Below are positions 12,201-25,600 of a stretch of 64,000 bases of DNA, piece after piece; within the stretch, counting starts at the first letter, position 1; each line of letters opens with the position of its first letter. The position numbers and the translations under genes are program-made. Under the pieces are notes generated by a model. That model ran no database searches. It was given only the letters and a program-made list of their open reading frames with translations, and had not been told where the DNA came from. Source of the DNA: Tubiluchus corallicola (taxonomy: Eukaryota; Animalia; Priapulida); assembly GCA_030141605.1 (NCBI GenBank), contig JAQGDQ010000002.1:992001-1056000 (forward strand), written 5' to 3'.

Positions 12201-15200
12201 TGTTTGCAAAAGTAAATTGAGAATATGAAGAGTACAATATTGTAAATATTTACTGTTAAGCTATAAGAAGTACTTTTTATAAAATCATTAAGGCATGACA
12301 TCATTATTATTTCTGCAAAGGCTATTTCATTTTGACATTAAATTGAATCGATTGTTTGAAATGTGCTAGTAAATTATTTGAAATTTTGATATGAAATCAC
12401 AATTAGGAATTGTTATTAATTTTGCCTCTCTGTTACAAGGTTGATTTCCATCTAGAGGAATAATAATTGACTGCCTCCAAATTACTGGCAATAGCAAAAG
12501 AGAAAACATTTTAGGGTTGGCTGGGGGAGTCTATGCAGACTTGGATGGTTCTTCATGTACCTAGATTTGGGTGATGAACATTGAATAGTCGAAACAAGTG
12601 TTTTTTATTGGGACACTAAAAAACTGAAAAGCAAAAAGTTATTTCTAGCACCATGTTTACTAAAAAAAATGCTGGTTGCTTGGCAGGACTGTATATTTAG
12701 TAAGTGACATGTCATGAACAATGTTAATGGTCTTTGTTTTTACTTAAAATGTCAAGAGCTCATGTAGGTTGGTTTTATTATATTTCAGGGTACCCTTTCT
12801 GAAATCGCAGAACACGATCAGAGAATGGTTCAGAATCATATGTATCTAGTAACACTTCATTTTGCCAAGGCAGGATTAGAAGCTGCTGTACTGAATACGC
12901 AAGTTCAGGTGAGGCAATTACTTCATTTATTATGTTGTAACCTTCTATGTGATTTATGCAATTATTATTTGTGCTGAATTAATATTTCGCAGAAATATTA
13001 TATAATTTATTTGAATAGAATTCTTTCCAAAATAAATTCCTCTGGTAAAATGAGAATGTGAAATTTTTTATTACATAATATATTATTTTTATTTTTACTT
13101 CTCATATACTTCTCTAAAGCATTTTACATTTGACCATATATATAATTGATGGACTTGCTGCTAAAACAGTTGATGATTATTAGCAGTCCAATCTCATGGC
13201 TAGGGCTGAGACGGTTAACTGTTTAACCATTTAACCTACTACTAACTGATGTAACCGTTTAGAAAATCACTCACCGTTTAACCGTTACTTAGCCAAGTTT
13301 TCCACAGATCCGTATTAATGAAATCTTGTATCTTTTCTGAGTTGGCGTACGCAGTTAGCAATGTCCCACTTACATAAAATTGTACTATTTGCGACATTGT
13401 TTCAATTAATCTGGCTGCCTAAGAAGCATCTAAACAGTAAATTGCAAAAAGGTTTTTACTCGCGTATGTTACGAGGATGCTGCATGTTGGACATTCTCGC
13501 TGGCACATGCTAGATTTGAACTGCACCGCTTATTCGGGTAAGTATGATATTTTCTTATATGTGACGTCATTGGGAATGGTTTACCGACTGCAATTAATAA
13601 TGTTTAAGCTGTTAGTTAAAATCCTAATTCTCTCAACTCCACTCATGACCTTAATTTTCTGTGTCTGAATGAAGTGCTATGATCCAGCTCTACTGCTGCG
13701 TACTGCAGAAATTTATTAACCTTGGAGAATTCGCATGTTGATTTTTACTGATATTAGTTTCTTACATCCTAGTAAATCTTAAACTGAATTGTACATAAAT
13801 AATAAGGTTGTTGATTAGGAATGGCCATTCAAGTGCCTATGGTAGCATTGCTAGTATGCAGTATGCTTATAGATGTCTAGTGCAAGCCATCAATTTCATG
13901 AATTCAAATGTATTTTTAATTGTAAACGTTTAACTACCATATTACCTAGGGAATATCTAATTATCTGTTTTACTGCTTTGCAAAAATATTGGGGAAGCAG
14001 TTCCACACTCAATAGTTACCTAGTTCATTTAGTATACTTCATACATAGAGAAATTGTAGTGTCGTCATGCTACATGAATAAATTCAACTTTTCTTGTTCC
14101 ACCTATAGTGACTGTAGTTGAGCCACCTTTTCCAATTTTCTATGGCTAATAAGAATTTTCTGTATTTAAGTGATTAGTTTAAAATATGTCAGTGATTAAC
14201 CCACACATTGGCTTCATGTAACTAGAGTTAAGAGTGTGCTAAAATCATAGTTATTAGACTTATTTTGAAAATTCGAGCAAACTGAAGTTTAACACAGTAT
14301 CGGACTGGCTCATTGGCATACTGGGAAATTTCCCGGTGGGTCCCAAACTGATGAACCATCACTTTGGAAATAACTATAAAAAGCAAAAACTAAAAAAGAA
14401 AGAAAATTGCATAGATTCTGAGAAGATTTAAATAAGGCTTCTTTGATGCTACAATTTCTTTCGGTAGATAATAGGTAGATAATCTTCTAGTATTGTTTTA
14501 TGTACGCATTAACATAATTAAATACAACAATATTGAATAGATATAACATTTTGTTTGCCTAAAACCTTTGCTTTTATTTGATTCCTTTGACCACGTTTTG
14601 GGAATAAGTTGGTCCTCTTGACTGGACCCTTCTGTAAGTTTTCCCCCGTAGAAATTTTTGACCGAGTCCGCCACTGGTTGAGCATGTGCTGTCACCCTTA
14701 CATTTTCATTATGAAAAGTTCTGTACTAGACCTACAATTGATTATTTGTTAACTGTCATTTGCCAGTAATTCCTGTGCTAGACAGGTAATTTTCAAAAAA
14801 ATGGAGCCAACAGCATTTTTTCGAAAAGTAGGCAATGTCGTCAGTCTGATCAATTTGACAATGTGAATCCGAAAAAAACTGTTTGCAGTATGAAAAATTA
14901 GCTGAAAATGATAGAGAAAACAAAAAGTGCGAACCATATAAATCAAAAGAAATTCCCAGAAAAAATTTCCACATTGAGAGGCAATAACGACAGCTTTTCT
15001 AGGGTAGTTGGACTTACTGCTATCCATTTCTGTTACTTTTATTTAGAAAATGGCTGCCACACCAAACAAAATTATGCCAATCATGTAATTATATAACTAT
15101 TTACCTAAACATTTGTTATAAAAACAAAAGCCAACTTATTTTTAAATAATTTGACCTTGCTGTATCTGAAAGCTGCTAATAGACCCCAAAAAGTATGCAA

Positions 15201-18200
15201 TGTGGCTTAAGCAGTCCCATAAGCAAAAAACAAAATGACTGCTGAATCCCCGACATATGTAATCTAACAGAATGAAAAACTTGCACATTTCCCTAAAAGT
15301 TGTAAAGCTTTGCCCTCCAAAAAATTAAAGATCGTCTAACATGCTCACCATTTTCAAGGTGGCTGTTGCTAGTTTTTAAAAGCACGTTTTAGCTGTTAGA
15401 ACTGATAAGATGACAATTTTGCTGTCTAGATGTAGGTTTTCAAAGTCAAAGAATCAATATCTGATGCTTAAAAACATCTACGATATTAATAGACAGATCG
15501 CAACACATGCCAAGACCCACCTAGACCATGGCCGAGTCACACAAACTTGTGTTTATTGATAGAGGCTACAATATAAAATGTATAGGCAAACTGAAAAAAC
15601 CATGAAGGATGTGTGCACATTTGGTGGCAATTATTCTAGAAAATATATCACTGTTATGTGGTTGACAAACTGCAAGAAATTTTCAAGCAAAATAAAGCAA
15701 AAAAGACTCAGTTATTTCATTCAATGATATGTGCATTCAATATAATTATTGAGATTGAAATTATGTTTTTTATTATATTTCCATAAAATTAGTTCTCTGT
15801 GCCTTTGTAAAACTTAAACTGATATATGATCAGTCTAAAAGACTTATGTAAGCAACGTGGGTTTAAATAACATAAGTTGAAACAACACAACCAGATAAGC
15901 TTTGCGAATAATAATTAAGATGTCTGCCAGATACTGGATGTTCTACCTTAGCAGACATTAATGCAATAGCATCATTTGGTAATCTATTGTAACAGCATAA
16001 TACTTTAATTAAAAAAATAGGAAACTAATTACTTTGGGACAGACAGTATTTTTGTTAATTTGAAAGGGTTCAGGTGAGAGATTTGATCCAGTGGCAGGTT
16101 TGTTTAATTTTTTGGTTTAGAGAAAGTTATAATCTGACTTTTTCTAACCTTTTCAGGCACTATAAGTCTGTGCAACTATTACCTAAGCACAGTGTCTCAC
16201 CACTATGTCTCTGTACTGCCACTAAGCAAATTTTAGTTGCAGAAATTTCGTATGGCTGGACAAAATAATAATACACACTTGACATTAACTCTCGTAGTAC
16301 ATTTCAATACATTCTCCACATTTATTTTTGAGAAGCTTTTGTTATGCAACTCAAAAGGGAAGACAAAAGGAGAGTTGATTGGCCATCGCGAGTGTACCCC
16401 TGGTTTATTGACGTTTTGGATCTGTGTATTAGGATTTCAAGATGGCTAGGCGTTAGAAGAATTTTCTGGAGTCATTACTTTATTTGACCATGTTTTTGAA
16501 ATGAGCGTGCAATTCATTTTTCAAGGCTGACTGATTGAACCAAGAATCAAATTGCCCCAAATCTAATATAGTATATTCTTGTCACAATTCCTTTAAACTG
16601 TATCTCCTCGTGTTTTTATTTTAAACACAAAATTAAAATGTACAATTGATGCATTAGAAATTGTATGGTATGTATCACGCCACCTTTTTATGTGCTTGCT
16701 CCCCCAACCTTAGAACCTGATTACACCGCTACCTGAAGCATGTCGACAACTTATTAAATGTTGCTGTCAGTCAGCCAAATGGGTGCACTGGCGGACGTAA
16801 GTCTTGTTTGCTCAGCTCTGTGCAAATGCATTGAATGTGAGATTGCTCTAGAGATAATGGTATCTATATACTGGGATCTATAATTCTCACTTGAACTGTT
16901 TGTTTCTTGATGGCTTCTTTATCAGACCTTACAGTGAATGTGTGATGTGCATATATGATATTATTGATATTGCTGCAGCACAAGGTGAATAATAATAGTA
17001 AATAGTAATACTGCCCTAAATCCTTGATCTTTAAAACCTATATCTAGAAGTCATCGTTCTATTTCCAGTAGAAAATGCAATATATATATATATATATATA
17101 TATGTCATCTTAGCAACCATCTTGAAATCCTGAATAGGTGATGTTATATGTAATATTAAGCATCAGGTGTGGATTCCATGTCCTTGAAAAACTACATTTA
17201 CACACCAAAACCATCATCTTGTCTGATATCTAACAGTTAAGATGTCGCCTTTACATGTTACTTGTCAGCTATCCTGGAAATGGCAGCCTTACTGGATATT
17301 GTCTTAAATCCTTTACCTTTGAAAACTATGTCTAGTTACAAAAATCATTATTCATCCTATCTGCCTTAGAACATGTAATATAGTTAATATATGCACAAGT
17401 GGCTGCAGCCCTCTTGTCAGCCATTATGAAATTCTAAATAATGTGATGCCATAGGTACTTTTAGGCATCAGGTGTGGATTCTCTGACCTTGAAAACAATT
17501 ATTTAGACACTAAAATCATCATCTTGTCTCTTCTAACAATTAAGATAATGGTGGCTTTATGCTAGCAATCCTCATTTTGAAATTGTTGGTCGTACTGGGG
17601 GATTTTTAATTGATCTCGCATTCTAAATTAATCACCTTGATGTGTTCTATGGCAGCCTGGCAGCCATTGTTTTTGCTTATTGGATTATTATTTTTGCTTA
17701 TTGTTTAAATTCTTTTGGTTCATTTTGAGGGTCTACTAGAATCATTTTAGATTAGGCAAGTTGAATTAATATAAAAAGGTTTTTTTATTTTTATAACTCT
17801 TTGGCTTAAACGTTTAATATAATTGCATGTTTGGCAGAATTTTGTTTTATGTGGCAGCCATTTAGATTACAATGGCCATTTTGGAAATGAAAATAACAGT
17901 AATGGATTACCTAGGTCCAACTACCGTGGAATGGATGTCTTAGTGGCTTCTTAATATTAATTTACGGAGGATATTTTTTGATTTATCAAGTTAGTGCAAA
18001 AAATTGTGGTAGCTATTTTCTTTTTTCCCCTAATTCCTCAAGCTGGCAACAGTTTTTTTCAAATGTATTGATTTATGAAGTGGAGTGTCAGTTGGTGAAA
18101 CACTTGCCGTAAGTAAGAAGCTGAATATAGTTTTTACTAACTGTTTTACATTTTTTGAGACTTTGCGATATTAATGTGAAGGTGTCACAGGTATTTTATA

Positions 18201-21200
18201 TTTGTGCATATTTCTATTTGTCTACAAGCTTATTTCATATTATAGATACAATGACAATGTTGAGAGCTCTAATATAATATTTATACATATTCTTGCACAA
18301 AGTCCATGAGAAACTTCTTTGCATCTTGTTTACCTTCTAGCATAGAGTTCCACATGTGGAATGTGAATGCATTTTTTAGTTTTTTATGAAGTTCTTCTCG
18401 ACTAGCTTTTGACATGTCAAACATGTAATCAATTGGATAAAATATTTGCGTGCTATAAGCATATACTGTTCCATTATTTGGTAACACTTTTTCTGCTTGC
18501 TCCAAACTGTCTACACGAGCAACATGGTTTGGCCTTAACTTCCACCAGGCAATAGCACAGTCTGTGATTAACTTTGGACCTATACAGTTACTGATCTTTG
18601 GATCATAGTAGTTTGGTATCTGTTTCATGACGAATAGGAGAAATGGATGATTTCTGTCGAATATCAGTAGGGCATTGTTGATGAAGTCTTCGTCTTGAAA
18701 CCCAATGGCATTTCTGAACTTCGTCAAAGGTTGTAGCATAATCACGTCTGTATCCATGTAAATTCCACCATGTTTGTACAGTAGCGCTAGCCGTATTGAA
18801 TCTGCAAAATGATATTTCTTGGATCTTCGAGCTGGTTTGAATATATCCTGAAACGATACACATTTTATTTTTGATTATTAAGAAGTGACAAAGTTACACT
18901 ATGGCGAAATTGATAGTTTTTGCTGATCTGAATTTTTGTTGTTATACTATACTATGCTATGCTATGCTATGCTATGCTATGCTATGCTATGCTATGCTAT
19001 GCTATGCTATGCGATGCGATGCGATGCGATGCGATGCGATGCTATGCTATGCTATGCTATGCTATGCTATGCTATGCTATGCTATACTATACTATACTAT
19101 AGTATACTATACTATACTATACTATACTATACTATACTATACTATACTATACTATACTATACTATACTATACTATACTATACTATACTATACTATACTAT
19201 ACTATACTATACTATACTATACTATACTATACTATACTATACTATACTATACTATACTATACTATACTATACTATACTATAGTACTATAATTCATTCCAG
19301 CCGTGCTTAGCTTTGGATGACAGTGTGTAGTCCATCCATTTGGATTACATTTAAAGCTGACAAAATATTTGACTGGTTTCTGCATCAGAAGCACATTTAG
19401 AATACCATGCCACTTTTACTGTGCACAGTATAATAATGATCTTTTCCTAGCTAACGTATCAGATAAAATCCCTTGCAATATGTTTTTTTAATACCAGCAG
19501 TTGGAGTATCTACAGGATGCGTCCATCTGCATCTTAGTCTATGAACAATTTATTTCTAAAACAATGTCTCTGAATGATCGAAATAAAACAAGTTCAACAA
19601 AGTTGTAGTTCTTAGCAGATGCTTTAATTTTTTCTGTGATGTTCAGAGGTCAGAGGCTAAGATTGCAGAACAACTTTGTGCATCTTATAGGTATATGTAT
19701 GTGCATGGCTACATATTGAATGTGTACTGGTAAGAGAAAAGTTCAGATTTGCTACGCTTTGTTTGGCCAGTAGTTCAAATGGTGAAGCTTGCAACCTGAA
19801 ATTGTATGTTTTTGGTTCAAGTCTTGGTTAGCCCACAAATTTCAAGCATTGTATTCTTCAACTAAGTAGCCATCAGGTTAATTGTTATAAGAGTGTGAAG
19901 TCTTCCTTATTGTTACTGTCACAAGATAATTAAAAAATATACGAATAAAATTTGGTTTAAATCCTTTCTATGTATGCTAAAAGTGTTGTATTTCTGTAGT
20001 TCAAAGGTCACAAAGTGAATTAGTTAGTTTTACCTCAAAAGCAAATTATAAAATGTAGCCAATCAAATACTTTGTGCTAATACTGTCAGGTTTTGAAAGT
20101 CAAAATAGCCAAAGTTCAAGATTACACGCATTTCTGCCTATTTATCCATTTATTTACAAATATATCTCACTAATTGAAATGTAGCAAAAGTTAGCAGGAG
20201 AGTTCATTTTAACATGTGTTAAACTGCCGTATATCTGTTACACAAATTTCAAATTTCTAGGGCAAATGGATTATACACTGCTTAAAAATGTTTCAAAAAG
20301 AAGAGATTAAAATCACGTTACATATAGCTGGACAGGTTACTCATAGCATTCAGGAAAACTGCTATAAATGAGATTAAATGTTAAAGAGCAACTTAGTGAA
20401 TTTTATACACCAAGTGTTCAGTGTCTGGAAAACTGAACTTTAAGCAAATTTTGCACAAGCATTGTCTGGGACACCAACATGCAGCTGCTATTTGTTTGAC
20501 TAGAAAGGTAAAGGTCAATGTCAGTGTGAGCCTTGTTAAATGCATATGTCTTTTAAGGATGAATGGCAATTTATAAATGTACGGTTTACGTGTAACTTTA
20601 TTAACTTGATTCGCTTTTCACACAAACTAAGTTGGGTGGCTGTCAACGTGTGAGATGATGAAGAGGTTCTGCTCAAGTAACCTGTAGTTTTTTGAATGAA
20701 GTTTTAGGAAGACAAAAACCATTAATAAGCATTAGCTGGCAATTGACATCAAACACATTGGGCTATCGCTCCGCCCCCGCTGTAACGCCCCCACAAAAAA
20801 GAAAACATTTTGTTTTGTCCTTATTTAAAGTTAATCAGGTAGTTGTTTTTATCTAACTTCCAAAGGAAAAAAATTAACTAAACTGCGTATTTTCTTGATT
20901 GCGAAATGGTTTAATCAGCAACTCATAGACGTATGCGTTGTGCATTTCTTCCTATAAACGAAACTAGACTGTATATTTCCACTAATTCACTTGCAATTTC
21001 AATTGACAATAATTAATTCTAGAGCCAGGCCAATATTTCTGCCGCTAACTAATGAAAAGTTGAGCATTTTTCATAACAGTATTAGACGGAGCTGTAGCTA
21101 AATGTCCTGAAAGTACCTGCTGCAGGGGTGTGTGAAATAACTTGCATGCTGATTGGGCAGTCAACAAAAATGATTGACATTATGTTAGACGTCAATTGTT

Positions 21201-22615
21201 TATTTGTTAGTAGTTAACAAGACATTACTTAAGTGTTAATTGACATGTAATTAAGTGCATTGTTTTTTAATATAATATTTTTGTGAATCTATAGCCTTGA
21301 ACTTTAGGATAAAAAAGTGTACATCTATCTTCGTCACTATGCATTTTTTACATAGTAAAAACCTAAATCTTCCAGAATCCAGAAAGAGATAACAAGTGCA
21401 GCTTAGTGCATATACAATTTTAAATATGTACCTAAACTAACTAGTGAAACTACTAGGTAAACTAGGACAGCTGTGAAAATACTAAATTAGAAAGTTACAA
21501 ACATTTTTTTATTTAAATAAGGCTTAAAGTTACTGGCATATGGAAAGTAGAAAATAGTTAAAGATTTTGTGAACCACATAGTTGATACAGCAGTATTTGC
21601 CAACTAATTTAGCAGGTTTTATAGTTCTTTGATGGGAATGGTATTTGCGAGAAGTATTAATCACAGGTAATACTGAATGGAAAGCTAGGATAAAGAATAG
21701 TAGCATGAATAATACCTTGTTGACTGGAGTGTCTGAAAACAATTCGTCCACATCTAGCCATTGAAACTTCACGTTACACGTAAACGATGGCGGGTCTTCG
21801 TCAAACCTATCAGTCCCTATTATCCAGAACTTTATCAAAGCTTTCGGTTGCTGTTTGCACACGCTTCTTATTGACAACACTGCCGTTTCGGGCAGTTTGA
21901 TCGGTTCGGACGTCCATAACATATGAATGAGGTGTCTCCTGTCCAGCTTTTCGTCCTGATCAGAAACGACGAACAGATTGTTTACATCGTCATCACTCTC
22001 GCTGTAATTTACTAATAAATAAAGTGTGATACTTGCAACTATGACGGCGAATAGGTACTTAAATTTTACTATACGATAATTGAATTTTAAACTCATTTTT
22101 GCACATATTAGTAGAATACATTAACATGTAGTTGAGCTACAGCTTACTTTTGCCTTTATAGAAGCGCGCTCTCATGCGTTTAGTAGACTTGGCTTTTCAC
22201 ACAGGTTAGCTATAACTTATATATTTTGCGGCGGAAGTAAATCCGGTAAATTTTTAAACTTCATAGTCCGCAAAATTATAGAGAAAATATCCCTTTTTTT
22301 GTTACTCTCACTAGAAATTGTTTTTAACGATTTTTTATACTAATTAAATGCTGAAGCTTGCAAGCACCCCGTTAAGATGATGAAGCTCCGCCTGCATTGG
22401 GTCGTTATCCTTTCACTGAGCCGTAACAAGTTGACTAGCACTCCTGTCCGACGTGTGTGCTATGCTTGCTGTGCAGTGGAAACGTTTTATTGCCATCTTT
22501 GCTATTTACTATAATAATTGATAAAAGTCTTTTTTAGTTTCCTGGTGAATGACCAATAAATTTTTCTTCAATTACATTGTGTAACATACAATGAACTATT
22601 GACTATAAAGATTTC

Positions 22616-22689
<74 letters not shown>

Positions 22690-25600
22690 TTCACTCTCTC
22701 ACTCTCTCTCTGTCTCTCTCTCCCTCTCTCTCTCGTGTGTGTGTGTGTCTGTCTGTCTGTCTGTCGTAGACACCGCACAGTTTTTTCGGCAATACTACCG
22801 AACACATTGATTTTTTGGCAGTACCACATATAGAATAATAGTTTTGAAGTTGTACAAAACAGTTACATCAATAAGGCATTAATGTAGGCAGCTGAGTAAA
22901 CACATATGTACACTATATGATTGTATAATTTTTTCAGTAAACACTTATGTACACTATATGATTGTATAATTTTTTCAGTCCCAACAGATTGGTCTGTTAA
23001 ATCAATCTGGCTACATGCCACAAATACAGCAGTAGACTTGTAGCTTTCTGACGCGGTTCTTCTCTAGTAGCTTGAATTTATTATTTTTTTAAATCAGTAT
23101 GACTCTGCAATATTTTTGGCTTAATCTGTCTACTAAAATTGACCCCAGCATAATTTTATTTGCATCAGATTATAAGTGTTAGCAATGAACTGGACAGCTA
23201 TAAAACTATGTATCGGTTCTTTCTATCCGTCGTTTGCCCTACTGTCACTACTTTTTCTCGACTGCGGAGTTATCTACGAAATTGATACATTGTATGACGG
23301 TCGGCCAGTAGGGTAATATTTAAGCTCGAAACCTGCTTTTGGTTCAATCGATGCAGATTTGGACTATTTGCAAGTTTTTAAAGGTTCATGTGTAACGACT
23401 CATGCTACAATCTGCCTACACCGCCAAACGAATATCAACTGACTAGCAAGGTATCAGATAACAACAATCAGTAACATGTTTTCATTTAACCTTGCACAAT
23501 TTGAGCTGTGTTTGAACATACTCTCTGGTATTTCATTCATTGTTACCTTATCGGCATTGTTATTTGAAATTTTAAAACCATTCCACATTGTAACTCTGGC
23601 ACCTTCCTGTATCGAATTCTAACCTCAACTAACCGGATGCTCTATGTATATGATTGCAGTTTTTTTCACAGAAATTTAATGTCATTTAAGTGTCAGTCAT
23701 AATACATCATTATAGTAACCTCAGAATACATCAATCTCAGCGGGAGAACTATGCCCTTCTGCCGAGGACTCTCTAGTTGGCAAATTGGTTTTGGATTGTG
23801 TAAAGCTGATTTTAGTTTAAATGTTTGATAACAAACATGATGTAATGATGTGTGTCAAGATGCTACTGCCTTTTATAATTCCAAGGGTTACATATCCCTT
23901 CTTTACAGGAAATGGGTATTGAACAAGATAAGCTTGCCGAAGAGCTAGAGAAAAATTCCTACAAGTTGATATTGCTGGAGCAAACAACACAAGTTATTCA
24001 AAAGAGTTTCCATGAGCTGCAGGTGAAACAGTTTTCTTGAACTACCGCAGCAACTTACATAGTTACCGTATCTATGGTCTGTAGCATTTTAAGAAATCTG
24101 GCCCAGACAGTTTTTGGTATTCTAGGGATAATCCATTCTGGTAGTGGAATAAAAAAAATAAATTTCAGTAAAGGATATTAAATCTTGTTATGAGATGAGT
24201 TGAACTATGTGAGTTTAGTTGATGCCAGAGGTCATTTGAAGGTCATAGATGATAAACAACAGCCACACTTCAATGGTGAATCCCGATTTGTGTAACCTGG
24301 CAAATGGGTATTATAACTGCAATGTTATATCTTATTCTAGGCTCTTGTTGTTAATAACTCAGACCGTGTTGATGTTCTTGGAGATCAGCTGAGTCAGAAA
24401 ACTGCCTTGCAGTTTCCTGAAATTGACCAGCTGCAGAACGGATTGAGAGAGATGAAAATGTCTATGAAAGGGTTAAAGCAGAAATTGGTAGAAATGGAAC
24501 GAAGTCAGAGCAAATATGGTGAGAGTCACAATTCTTTTTTAAAATAGATTTATTGGCACCACCTTATTCATATAATTACACGCTATAGTTAAGATATTAA
24601 GATTTGTGATGTAGTGGTCTGATGTGATCACTAAATTCTTTATACTTTGAAATGCAATTCTGAGGTCTATATAAGCCCACAGTACTCGTTTTTAAAGCCG
24701 TACGTAAAACACACTTGTAGAGGTATTGGTTAGAATACTTTATATTTTTTATGGACCTGTTTTGCATTTTGCACAAAAAAGATCCACTGTTTTTTTAACA
24801 GTTCTATTTCATTTTTTAATAGAAAAAACTTATTTTTCCAGATAAATTTGTAGAGGAAGTAAAGATTGAGATGAAAACCGAGTTAGATAAAAGACTTCTC
24901 TGTATGGACACTAGTTGTAGAGGGAAACTTATTTGGAAAATAAGCGATTATAATCAGAAGAAACTTGATGCTCAAACTGGAAAATCTACATCTTTGTACA
25001 GTAAACCATTCTACACAAGCTAGTATGTCATAGCTTTGTTTTTACATTATGATTTTTGTTAGAAATTTAAAGAAGAAGGTGCAACTTATAATGCCACTTA
25101 ATTGGATACCACCCCATTAACAATATTTATGTTATCTTAGGTCTACCTTTATGGAAATTTTTATGGGGCCAAACGAACTCGTATCATTCAAGATTATTAC
25201 ATTCCACAATTAATGTTTATAAATAATGTTTATGTCAACTTGTTTATATGTTGTTTTGTTCATTGTTTTGAATGGTTGTGACGTTATGAAGTATAACAAA
25301 ATGTACAATCTTTATTTTGGAACCAATGAGGTTGAGGTGTGACGACATTAATGTGGACATGGTATTGGACTTCTGATGGATTTGCGAGCAGTGAGAAGTC
25401 TCATTGTGAAATACTGTCATCAAGAGTTAAAAATTAAAAAGCTTGTAAAAGGATTGCTTGTAATTTTATTATTATATAAAGTACTTAGAATGTTATATCA
25501 ACACTGGTATTTTTGTGTGGCAGTTTTCTAGCATTTGGCAATTTTCAACAAGAATTTTGCACGAAGAAGTACTCTCTTTACCACTTAGTTAAGCTATTCA

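Noticed and set aside
18901-19310. Long ORFs with CYAML/YYTIL repeats
   Set aside because: They are translations of the pentanucleotide microsatellite, not proteins
19765-19833. Functional tRNA gene (also 56030-56095)
   Set aside because: Cloverleaf stems and anticodon arm do not pair properly; treated as SINE-like remnants
22376-22420. ATGATGA...CTGA pair resembling a C/D snoRNA
   Set aside because: The boxes are only ~40 nt apart with no terminal stem or later D box
25021-25023. Apparent in-frame TAG in TRAF suggesting a pseudogene
   Set aside because: The codon is split by the intron (TA|gt...ag|C gives TAC, Tyr), restoring FYTSYYGYKMC
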